Assembly (NCBI GenBank): GCA_020536535.1
Contig: JAHLWZ010000596.1
Span: 1 to 64,000, forward strand
Direction: 5' to 3'
DNA length: 64,000 nt
From: Pelomyxa schiedti
Lineage: Eukaryota; Protista; Evosea
The translations under genes were made by a program, and so were the position numbers. Shown one piece after another: positions 11,627 through 23,262 of the stretch. Every line of letters starts with the position of its first letter. Position 1 is the first letter of the stretch. The notes beneath the pieces were generated by a model. The model had not been told where the DNA came from and ran no database searches. It saw nothing but the letters and a program-made list of their open reading frames with translations.

Positions 11627-13630
11627 GAGTAGCCCCTTAAAACCCAAGTCGGAAAAATAAATGCAAGTCGGAATTTTCAACTCGAGACGGAAAACTAAAA
11701 CCCAAGTCGGAATTTTTAACCCAAGCTGGTATCAACAGATTTCTGTTAAAATTGACAAAATCGATGGGCCGCAAGACGAAGTACACCGACGAGCAAGTAA
11801 GGGCTTTGGTTGTGCCTCCAGAGTTTCATATTGACGACACTCCTGCTGGCCTTGCTTTAGCACTTCATCTTGTTGTTAAATCATATTCATTTTTTTTAAA
11901 TACTTATTATTACTGTGAAATAGTTTGACAGTGGAATCTCCTTTGCACAAGCAGGTTGTATTCATGGTGTAGATAAAGCCGTTGTACACAGGGGTTTTTT
12001 TGCTCATCGGGATGGTCGTCCTTTGCGTCAAAAGGCTCACCCACCCTTGTTGACTCCCCTGCAGAAAGACAAATTGATGACTTGGATGCATGAAAAAGTA
12101 ACTGCAAATGAGTATCCTACGCAAGTTGAAATTCGAGATCAGGTACTTTATGTTGTTTACAACACTGAATAGTCAAATTCTAGGCTAAACACATCATTGT
12201 AACAAACGACCCAGAGAAAGTACCAACATCTGTACCTGAATGCTCTGAGACATGGTGGAGGTCATTCTCCAAGAAACATGCATTAGCTTATCATGCAACC
12301 ACGAGTATATGGCATTTGCTGGGCAAGGCACAGGATGGATAACAACAGAGAGATTTTGAGTCAATGGGTCAAAACTGTTTTTTACCCATTTCTACAGAAG
12401 CAACGAGAAATATTACCCCCAGACCAACATCAAGCTCTGTTGATCCTAGATGGTCACTCATCACGCAATTCCCCAGATTTATTACAGTGGCTTTTGGAAG
12501 AGGCTCACTGCTGTGTATTGATCTTACCAGCACATAGTTCTCACATTACACAACCCTTAGATTTGCGTGTTAATAAAGAATTTAAAACTCAGTTGAAAAA
12601 ACAGAAGAGGTTTCTCTTATTCAATCATTAATAATGCAACTTAGGTGGACTGCTGTGGATAGAAGTATTACTTGTCTAACCATCAAGCAAAAGACTCTTC
12701 TATTACGGGCCTGTTTTGCCTTGAAAGCGACATTATTACAAGATGTCATTCAAGATGGCTGGAGGAGGTCTGGATTGTTTCCTCTCAACAGAGATGCTTG
12801 GAAACAGAAACCACAAGGGGTTCAAGAAGCAACTTGCTCTTCAACTTCAACTTCAACTGCAATCACAGTTCCCCAAAAGACCCCAAAAATCAGAATCAGC
12901 AATGCTGTAATCACCCCAGAATTAATTACCCAATTGAGAGCTCAACAAAAAGCCCAGCTGAAAAAAAAAGCAAAAAATAACACAAATCCACCCATAGAAC
13001 CTCATCCTGTCGTTTTCACCCCCTCTGTGCCATTGCCTCCTACTTTGCCTCAACCTGTTTTATCCCATGATTTACCTCACCCTGCATTGTCTCTCATTCC
13101 TTTGACACAGCCAGCTTTAGCCAACTGTGTCTTACCCAATCCTGTCTTCCCACACCCAGTGTCACCAAACCCTGTACCTCAGTCTGTTGTGCCTCCACCA
13201 ACATTGTTGAACCCTCTATTGCCTGTATCCAGTTCTTCCTTTCACAACTTGATGTTGTCCCATTCTGGTTTTGCTAATCACCTTGGATTCCCTTCTCATT
13301 CCTCAGCCTTTAATCTCACACCTTCAAACCTTTCCAACTTCTCTCCCACAGTGTCTCCACAGTCTGTTCACTCCACCCAACCCAACAACAACCTTAACAC
13401 ACATACACCTGCATTTTTAATGCAATTTCGCACACCACAGACCATTGCAAGCCAACACACCTGAAAAAAAGACCGACAGCCATCAAATTACCAGAACCCG
13501 ACGGTACCGACTTGGTTTTAAAATTCTGACTTGGTTTTAAAATTCTGACTCGCTTTTTTTTTTCCGACTCGGGTTTTAGTTTTGTGTCTCGGTTTTTTGC
13601 TTTTGTGTCTCGGTTTTTAAGGGGCTACTC
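11627..13630 (+). mobile_element. pogo/Fot-like (Tc1-mariner superfamily) DNA transposon of 2004 bp with a defective transposase
   Basis: TIRs GAGTAGCCCCTTAAAA at 11627 and inverted ending at 13630. TA on both flanks (11625-26 and 13631-32). Inverted subterminal AAAACCCAAGTCGG-type repeats. Internal HTH and DDE_1 coding remnants. Confidence 0.92.
11764..13464 (+). pseudogene. DDE_1 transposase pseudogene (HTH-psq, CENP-B-type HTH, partial DDE domain, Pro-rich tail)
   Basis: MGRKTKYT.., GISFAQAGCIHGVDKAVVHR, SETWWRSFSKKH, then GTGWITTE in another frame and LLILDGHSS..ILPAHSSHITQPLD in a third frame. The region holding the first catalytic Asp (N.DETG) is absent. Confidence 0.8.
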
Positions 13631-13929
13631 TAATTACACCCAAATTTTACCCTAACCTCTCTTCTCCCGTTTCTGACGCGACGCCCTGCATCATGGCGTG
13701 GCTCGAGTCGCACCGCGGCAAAAAATAGGCACTAGTTGCCGGCAACACCGATGGTCGTGCTGGCTTAAGAAAGCTGAAGACAAAAATTTTCCCGATACCT
13801 TGAATTCGCAAACTCTTCGATTTTTTATGTTTATTTTCTTTCCGGTTTGTCCCACAATTCATCTGAAGGGGAAATCTTATTTCTCTTTTTCCCAGTGTGA
13901 TTCCGGACCACCAGGGAAAAGAGGAGATT

Positions 13930-15240
13930 GGAGAAGGGAGAGGGAGGACGGGTGGGTCGAGGAGGAATTCTCCCTGCCTGCACCTTCAGTACCGCTCCAT
14001 TGCCGCATCACCTTCCCTAAGACCTACAACCACAATCAATCTCCAAACACACCCACTTTTTACTTCTGTGTCCCTGCATAGTACTCCCGCAATTATTGGC
14101 TTATATCTCTTGTACGTGTGTTCTGACGTAATTGTATGTGGTGGTAAGATCCCCAACATCCTGTGCGATAGCAGTCCCTGCCACTACGCTTTTTAGTTTC
14201 CCTACAGAACCATGGATCTTTAAATTAACAGTTTGTCCCACAATTCATCTGGGGGCAAATGGAATGGGAGTATTTGTGGGTGGGGGTATACCCCTTTTCT
14301 ACTGGAAGCTTTTATAGTCAGGAACCCAGAGGATCCTTCTTTTGGTTGGTGGTGTTTGTCCTGGGCACCTTGGGATGGGGACCTGTTGGTGCAGCAGCGT
14401 CCGTGTCATTGTGACTGTCAGTCTCTTCAGCCAGTGTTCCCTCGGTATGGAGTGGCGAGGGGGGAAGCGCTCCAATGCCTCGCGTGTGGTTCCAGGCACA
14501 TCTCCAAGGAAAATCATCCAGCTCAGCATGAAAGCGGCGCTTATGCACTGCTGGCAGTCGGCGTCTGTGCTAATCCCAAGCCTGAAGTGGTGGCTGGCCT
14601 GTGTGAAATCACGTGGAGTTTTGCTGTGCTAACCAGACCTTCCAGGAAGTCCACCATCCATTGCTGTGCAGGCAGTGAGTGCCGCTTAGCGTTCTTCAGC
14701 ACTGCTAGAGTTCTAACAGCAACCTCCAAAGGCCACAGGGGTTCCAGGAGCCTTGGCTCCGTCATTCCCAAAAACAACCACAGCATTTGTCCAAGCGCCG
14801 CCGGCCCACCACCGCTGTTATCGGAATCAGTATCAGTTGCATTCATAGCGCTTGCACTACTCGGAGTACAACGGATCCCGCCTGTATCACGACGCGGTTG
14901 CTGTTTCTTTTGTACCATAATGTTGAGAACAGACCGCTGGAGTTGCATGTGCTGGGGAAGCTTCCCGGTCCCTGATACTGATGACGACGCCGCGGTGGTT
15001 GGTTCTCCCTTTGTTGCACCGTGGTTGCTTGTGTCGTTCGCGGTGTTCCCAGTGGCACTTTGGGGTTGGCAGAGAAGCTAGAAAGAGGCGCAATGCCAAG
15101 GCGTAGGCCCGGTAGTAGTAGCCGCCGCCAAGAGCAATCACACTCCTCCTCGTCTGTTGCGTCCCCTACACGTGGTGGTTGTGGTCTTGTAGGTTTCCGA
15201 GTTGCGCCTGCGTACCTTCGGCTGATCGAGACATGTCAAA
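13930..15240 (-). pseudogene. Mosaic of degenerate paralogous fragments of the 7.9-11.6 kb locus
   Basis: 14297-14447 is near-identical to 8070-8219. About 13935-14015 matches about 7925-8010. About 14055-14195 is a diverged match to about 11405-11560. Stops and frameshifts are present. Confidence 0.65.
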
Positions 15241-15312
15241 AACAAGCGGGTACAAGGAAAAATTGCCACCATTTGATGATTGGATGCTTTTGTGACTACG
15301 GCAAAAAATCTT

Positions 15313-18300
15313 CTATAGGCCAACAAACAAGGCACAGAGGAACAACACCAGCAGACACAAGAAAGTTCCTCCGCAGGAGGAAGCCCCAGACACAGAGACT
15401 GTGCTGTCATCAATTGAGGAACCTTCCGCTGTTGGGCAGTTGAACTCGGCTGGCCAAGACGCGACATTGTCACAGTCCCATGGGCACACTTCTGGCGTCT
15501 CCCACGACTCACTGCAGGTTCCATCACCACAGATATCAGCAAGCCCAAATATGAGCTGGAATGAGGCCACTGCTGAAACCCCGTTGTTGCATGTGCTGGC
15601 CCATCCTTTGCCGTTCCCGCTGCCTCCGGAGTGTGTCCATATCTGTGTTGGTTTGGTTCGTGTTGGTTTGCTTCTTGCTTTTTTTGTGGGTTTATGTTTG
15701 AGTGGTGTGCCTGTTGTTTGATGCGTTGTTGAGTTGTTTAAATAGGAGTACTACACACCCGCTGTAGGGATTCTTCAGACACTAGTTCGGGATCAAGGTA
15801 GGATGCGTAGGTGAGGGCATCTATCATTTGATAGCTGCTACCGGGATCAGAGGTTTTATCTATTTGCGAAAGGTATTGGGGGCACTGGGTGTAGGCAAAG
15901 CTGTTCGTAGTAGAGTTGTACATCTCGTTCCACAGCCAACTGGTCATATCATAAGTTCTAGCAAAGAGAAAACTGTCTTACAAGGCGCCTTTTGTTATAC
16001 AAGATTGCGCTATGCTGTCATCTCTCACGTAATCATAGAGATGTAGGCCATGAAGAAGGACACCGACCATGAAACTCTTTCCTCCCCAGTACGTGAAGTC
16101 AACCTCACCTTCCGCACCAGTGAGAGGGAGAAAATGAGAAGATTTCCATTACATTCAGAGGAAGACTGCCAATATGGCCAGTAGCCTCTTTGAGGATCCT
16201 AGAGAGACATTGGAACAATCCAAATAAAGTATAAGCAGTACCTGTCTCCACGAAACAGCATCACGGATGATATCAGCAGCAGTCAGATACTTACTATCAT
16301 GTGTCATAAGATAAACAGACATCAGGGAAGTTAAAGGCCAGCCAGCTGCCCTCTCTGCTGATGTCCACCAAGAATATCCTTGTCGACATGAATCTATTTT
16401 TTGTGACTTAGAAAGACGGATAGCGAACTTCGTCATACAAGCAAGATGATCGGCAATTTTGATTCCATCCTCAAGGAATCTTGGCTCTCCCAATAGCATG
16501 CCAAGTGTTGTGAGTCCCTAAAAGAGTTCATCAAGGTGTTGTGAGGTGAATATTCCATCAACCTGTGCCCACACATGGCCATAGTCTTTGGATCCAAGAA
16601 GGAATACTTCACCAGAGTCATAGTCTAATGGGATTGTAAAATCATAGCCACCTGTATGCCCAAAACTATGTTCCCAGGGGAAATCGAGAATAGGCACTCC
16701 TGCCGACAGAAGAGAAGGACTTGTGTACCTTGGTAGATTTATTAGAATACGTCTCCAAAAGGATTGTTACTCTGTTCCGTAATGGATTACGTCTATATCG
16801 GAGGAGTGCCACGCACACTGTGCGGCAAGGTGAGCAAAGTCAATGTCGCCAGACCGAACAAACTGAGCAGTGGTGACCCAGGTCAGGTCATACTCTAAAT
16901 TTCCCCAATTGTAAATTCTCTCACCATACCTGCATGGATAAGCGTGATAACGGGGTTACTCTTACCAGTCCCCAGTGTTCATAAAGCTAAACTGGTCAAG
17001 TTGCTCCTGCTCAGATAAATAAAGTCCTATTCTAAAGAATCCCAATGAAAATCACAATGAAAAAAGAAAACCACTTACGATGTAGACATGTAAGAATCAA
17101 ATTTGCTCACTTTTTCTGCATCTTGAAGAAATCCAACTGGACCTATATTTGAAAACGTGTCCTTGGGCGAGGCGGCCATAACAAGAAAATTGTTAAAAAG
17201 CGAGCCCTTGGCCTCCAGCATGTCCAGTGTCGAAGTAGTTGTGCCATAAAAAGGATCGAAGTCGAGCATGAATTCTGTAGTAATTCTCACACCCTGTCGC
17301 ACTCTATAAGTGCCACTATCAGCCCAAAAATATTGCCTGTGGTACACCACATCATCTTCCAGATAATCTGATGGATCCAGCGTAGGAAGAATTCCTGAGG
17401 TAAAAAAAAGGGTTAGATTATTGTGTGATTGGGCAAAAACTACCCAGGTGAAGGCCAGAAGTAGTCACACCCAACGATTTTGGGTGCAATTGCCACCACC
17501 CACGAAGCATAAAAATGAAGGAGGAAAAGCCATCGTCTAATGGGCTGACGAGGAAATTTCCTTCGTGGCGTATAGCAGAAAGAGTGAGAGTGGCATCATT
17601 GGTGCCCACCTCGTCCTCAATGGTATGGTGGCAAAAAATGGAAAGACTGTCCGTGTATCGAAGAATAGGCGACTGGGATATTGTGTTGCTGTTGTAGAGT
17701 GCAATAATGTCATCGGCACTCAGAGCTTTGGGGTACACACTGAATTCAAGAATCCTCTAGAAGCATTCGTTGGTGGAAAGAATTTTTGAAGAGCCTCACT
17801 CCATGTAGAGTATAACCAAGATCTGAGTCAAACCCGATATAAGGAGAACTTGAACCCTTGTCTAGGGTACCAACAGCAAGATTTGCAAAGGAGTCAAGGG
17901 TTCCATTTATGTAAATCGCAGCATAGCCAGTGTTGTTGTCATAGGAGAAAGCTATATGATAAATTGTATTTGGATACAGTCTCTTATGCCCCCAGACACC
18001 TGTTGTAACACCATTCACCCGAAACTGTAAGCCTGCGTACCCAGAGGAAGATATGCTCGCTCTTGGATACAAACCGTGTCCAGAAAGTCTATAAAATAAG
18101 TTCTGGCTAGTATTTGTCCTACAGAAAAATTGAGAAAAAGCCAATGCCAGGTAGAGTTATACAGGTAGGCCATCTGAATGACTGCAGTGAACGAGTTTGT
18201 TATTATGACTGGCTGGGCTATTATTGCTTTTTGTTCTACACTTGGGTCTTGACAAGCTTCGAGGTAATATTTATCGTCACTCACATAGCTATATTGTTGG

Positions 18301-21300
18301 TAAATGTCCAAGGGAGCTGCTAGGGTGAAAGGAACTTGACTCAGGAGGTTTGACGTTACAGTTCCAGAATCAAGGTGCATGGGGAGTACTTGGAGGGTCT
18401 TAAATATTTGGCCTATATTATTGATACAGTACCCATTTCGAGATTTGAGAAGAAATTCATGTTGGTAGCTGCAGTTCCATCCAAATAAACAGTTTCTCCC
18501 ACTTCACTTATCAGTAAAGACACTTCAAACTTCAGAAATCTGGACCCTGCGTACATAAAAATACGCCCTTCAAAACGCTGGAATTGACTGTTTCCATTTG
18601 TGAAAGCACCTTCAATTTTTACCTTATAATCGAGTTAGAGAAAGCTTGAAAATTGCATTTCTATACCACAGTCCTCACTGGTCCAGCTTCTTCTGTGATG
18701 TATTTAACATCAGCTCCAGCAAAGAACGATGCCTTTTCCTCGTCATAGAGGAATAGGCCACCTGTATCACACCCATCAGATGTTATGTAGTACATGGTGG
18801 AGTCCGTTTGGCTCCTTATGCCGATTGTCTTCACACAGAACCTTTTTGTTAAACATTGAATTGGTTTGTGATTTCGATAGAAGTGCAAGAATACTTGGAA
18901 GCGTCAAGCTCAATGAGCATTACATCACTGGATAATGTCACCAGAGTATCAGATGCAACAACAGACATTTCATTCGTGGGAGCTGAGCAAGATTCCCCCC
19001 ACCTTATCAATAGGTGAGAAAAAGAAGCTGCAAAGAAAAAATTACCGTAGAATATAGAATTTATTGCTGGGAATGGCCATTGTGGTGATGGTTACCCATT
19101 GAATTGACATGTCTGTCCACAGGGCTCCAATAGAGAACTACACAATTAGGGGGAAAAAAAACATTATTAGGGTACCTGGGAAGTAACAGAAGTCCCATTA
19201 CTTGCATACAACTGTAGCCCTTGGGTTGTGTACACCTTGTATAGCTTTAAAACAAGGCAATTAAGTCTACACCAACCTGTCCCTGAGGAAGGGGAATAGA
19301 TGCTGTGACTGGCCATTGCGGTACTACAGTAGATTGATTTCCAAACAAGTGCACAAGTACTTCTCCACTAGGAGATGTCTTCACTTGTCAGTAACATATG
19401 TTTTCACAGTATTACCTTTGGAATAGTGAACAAGTCCCATGAACTAACTAATTCTTTACAAGTACTTGTTCCTGAGCACTCTGTAACAGATGTCTGGGTA
19501 CATGTCTTTAATACAGCACATGACCGTGCGGTAACTGAATAGACACCAGGCCCAGCTAAATCAGATTCTCGAATGTAAAGAGAATGCAGCAATAAGCCAG
19601 CAGAACTTTTGAAAGTCTTTATAGAGCCTTTACCTCCTGGGCCGGTAAAGACCAACTGAAAATGAATTAATTGACCTCTCCCAGTGATTATTTAGAGAAG
19701 TGGCCCACCAACGAGTCTGCAAGCAAATTAGACTTCCAACTTATGGACAGACTCGTTCCCGTGGTATCTAAAACGTAAGACTTTTCCAAGAATTCAAGCT
19801 TCAAATCTGAAGTTGGGAATGAGTAGAAACTAAGCCAAACACCTGCAACCAGGTATGGAAATTATCGAGTTCAATGTGCAAATGCTTCCAATGTAGTATT
19901 TGCCATCTTCAGTGGTACTTCCTATCATCCCTCTCCAACGGAGTGTAATTGAGGATGTTGACACGGGTATTGGGTTGTGTAACACATAGAGGGAGTTGGA
20001 GGATGAAGTTGAATATTTCATGGAGTTTTGGCAGTATTGTGAGGCAACAAATGTAGCGTTGTTGTCTCCAATTAAAGTGACATTCGCTGTTTCACACCAT
20101 TCAGGTACTACATAGTGCAAAGAAAAGTCTTGAGGATAATTATTGTTGTTGATTCCTGCAATTTCAGATGGTGCCAGGTCTCTCTGCCATACAAATAGCT
20201 GTGTTACCTTGCCATTCAAGTATTCGTCAAGATCAAAGTCTCTTCCAATTAAAGGAAGTTGTGTTCCTTTATCTATAGATCCTCCTCCAAGAACATTCTC
20301 TGCCGCAAGATCCGAACCAGTGTATATCTACCGAAAGATTATAGGAACCATGGAAGAGAGTGGAATAACCTGAGCTATTCCAGAGATGTTTGAATAAACA
20401 AATGTGTATAAAGAATTTACTCCACCCACACAGTTCGAGCAAGAGACAGACTTAGTTATTCCATTGATTTTAAACTAATGGAGGAGTGGAATGATAAGCC
20501 AATTACTTTTATTTGAAAAGAATAACCTGTAGAGTCATTGACGATTCCGAAACGTAAACCCTTGGATACAACCAATTGCCACTCATACGATACAAAACGT
20601 TGGAATACGGTAGGAGTGTAGCCCAAACCTGTTTATTTGTTGAGGCTGGAAAACGAAAGGCTTACCGACACTGTGAATCTGTTACCTGTAATCAGTGGTT
20701 TGGAAAATTGAACATAAGTCTTATTGTATTTTGCTGGGCAGGTTCCAACGGGAGGTATTTGGCCCAACAACTCCCCATCAGCAAGGATGTCTACCACTGC
20801 CTGGGAAGGTGAACAAATAAACAAAAATCGAGCAATAGAAGTGTAGCGATATCAACCACACCGCTGTCTGTGAAGGAGAGTAAGCCCCGTTTATGTGCAC
20901 ACAAAGGTATTCCTTTGCAGTCAAGGGGGATCCAAGAGACAACACAGCCTGGCCGGTGTCCTGTGTGACCCTGAGACTCCCATCAGCTCTCATGTATCCC
21001 CCAGTCACTGAGACTCCATCCGTCACTGGGCTGGTGTCACCACCCCACTCATGTTTCTATCCCAAGTAAGAAATTATTATTGTTCCAAGTCAGTGACACT
21101 GAAATGTCAAAGAGTACAAAGGGAGGAAAAAAAACAGAAACTAAACTGTGTGCAAGGTGACGTTCTTCATGAGCTCGAAAGTGAAAGGCATCACGTCGAT
21201 GGCGCACGACGCCGGGGTCCCAGTGCAGTTGCAATATTGTTGTGCCCCGTCACTCCAGGAGCACTGCCATCCCATAATAATTACCAGTGTCAGAGCAGCG

Positions 21301-21344
21301 CACCCACTCCCTTGTCGTCGCGTTCTCGCTTTCCGCTCCCCCAT
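15313..21344 (-). CDS. Secreted, probably GPI-anchored PcRGLX/YetA-like (PL26-related) polysaccharide lyase-like protein with two LamG/ConA-like modules, many exons
   Basis: N-terminal signal peptide. LamG-like segments YLNGKVTQLFVWQRDLAPSEI and YHIAFSYD..YINGTLD..YPKALSADDI. RIFT-barrel-like WPVTASIPLPQG..WTDMSIQWV. Central RGWWQLHPKSL. Toroid motifs GDWYGERIYNWGNLEYD, QFVRSGD, WHSSDIDVIH, EHSFGHTGGY, GHVW and ERAAGWPL. Hydrophobic C-terminus FLCLLVLFLCALFVGL*. Confidence 0.75.
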
Positions 21345-21444
21345 CCGTTTTTTTTCCCCTTCTTGGAATGCCGCGTTGACGATCACAAAAGTTGCAACCA
21401 AGCCAAAAAACGCAATCTATTGTTCTGCCTTTGATATTACAAGC

Positions 21445-23135
21445 TCACAGTAGAACACAACCATCAGCAGAGGACTTGGTTTTGGCAGGTTCCTCAGGGG
21501 TGTTGTTGAGAGTGAGTAGCCAGTCGAGCCTGGGATGTGCCTCGGTCATGTCTGGGGACCACTCCCTTACAAACGAACCACTCCAAAGTGTGGTTTTGTA
21601 AACGGTCCCGTTGTCATCCACTGTGACTGGGGTTGACACCCACCCCGGGGGCACATCGTTGGTGTCAATTACTGTAATTATGGGAGTCAGTGTTTTGGGT
21701 TTTGACTGGTAGATATACTTGGCCAATCATTTGTGAGGGTTTTCCCTGTCCAGATTTCTATGGAGGTATTATCTGCTTGCCAGAGGCCCTTGTCTGTGAA
21801 TACACAAAAGACTGTCACCCAGCCTGATAGATATACAGGGCCACTTCCTGTCTGAGGGAACAGGTAAAAAAAAAAAAATAGAAAAGATTTGGTGGGTTTT
21901 GAGAGGGGTAACAAACTGGAGTATAGTGACAGATTCTTTGCCAAAAAGGGATGTTGGGGTGTCCCTCTGATGCACTGATGAATTCGGTCAAAACTGGGTT
22001 GAGAAATGCTACCCATTTTTCCAAACCATATGTGGAAAGCTTCTGAGCTCTTTGTTTGAGTGCAATCCAGTCCTCCGGAGTACCCAGAAGTGTGACCTTA
22101 GGAATACCACACTCCAGGCACATCTATCGAAGGTGATTAGCGATTCATATTAAAGGAAAATTACCCTATACGAGAAGTATTTCTGCATGGCGGACATTAA
22201 CATAGCAGCACCAACTACCTAATGTTGCATCAAGACCCTACAAATCCAGTGGGAAAAATAACCTTATCTGTAAACGTAGTAGTGGTGAAGCCTGGGATTA
22301 TCCATTCTCTTACAGTTGGATCAACCAAATTTTTTTCAATCTCTACACTCATCATGTTACACAAGTTTTCATATGCAGCTGTATATAGTGTCCCTGAGCC
22401 AAAAACAACAAGTTCCTTGTTTGGGTGAGAAAAAGTCATCGATGTACAAAACATACTTTCTGGCCAGAATGGGACACAAAACTGGATCTAAGTCGCTCGG
22501 CATTTGCATTGAGATAGAAGGAAAACTGTGACACAATGGCCATCCATATGTCATCAGGACGAAGTACCTTATTAATAGGTTAAAGTGTTTTTTCCTGTTT
22601 TGTAGGCCTACCAAGTTGTGGTGATAGTTATAACATTCAACAATAGTATCCACAAGGCCATTAGAGCAAGGCGTAAGCCGGTTGGCAGAGAATAACTCTT
22701 CGATATCCGGGTTGGCTATACTACCCCTCACTATACTGGGTTGAACCTATATAACAATTACATTTTACTATGGAGATATTTACTATGAAGAAATGACAAA
22801 AAAGAAAATGAAAGTAAGAAGGGGTGTCCATTTGCAAGAGATCCCTCCCATAATACGTATGCACGTACATCATTCGGGCCGTAGCTCTCGCGAGGAGCGA
22901 GCTTCTGGGCCGTGGTGCCAGTCTCCCTGGAACCCCAGTCGTTGATATATTTTTTCGGCACGTTCTCAGGTGTCACCACAAACGAAAACCCGCCACTCGT
23001 CGATGCCGATGTAGTTGTCGGTGCTGCAGTTGCAGTGACTGATGTCGTGGATGCGCAACTGTTGTCAGTTGCTGCCACCTTTGACGATGTTTCGGTAACG
23101 ACCTGGCCTAGTGTGCCTTCAGTTGTTGTCGCCAT
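21445..23135 (-). CDS. DUF4419 domain protein, multi-exon
   Basis: NGLVDTIVECYNYHHNL(VL)RPDDIW, REWIIPGFTTTT, CGIPKVTLLGTPEDW and GSGPVYLSGWVTVFC. Confidence 0.85.
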
Positions 23136-23262
23136 TGTAGGTTTTTTTTTTGTATGAAAAAACGTGCAACGGAAGAAGACCGTTGTTTATGTACCTCGTG
23201 TGAGAAAATTTTTCTTTTTGTTGGCTGTGGCATCGTTGCCAACCATACAAGGAAATTCAAGT

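Noticed and set aside
13845-14252. 21-bp direct repeat gtttgtcccacaattcatctg containing a DUSE-like TCCCACAA
   Set aside because: The sequence about 60 nt downstream matches antisense fragments of protein-coding paralogs, not a recognisable structured RNA.
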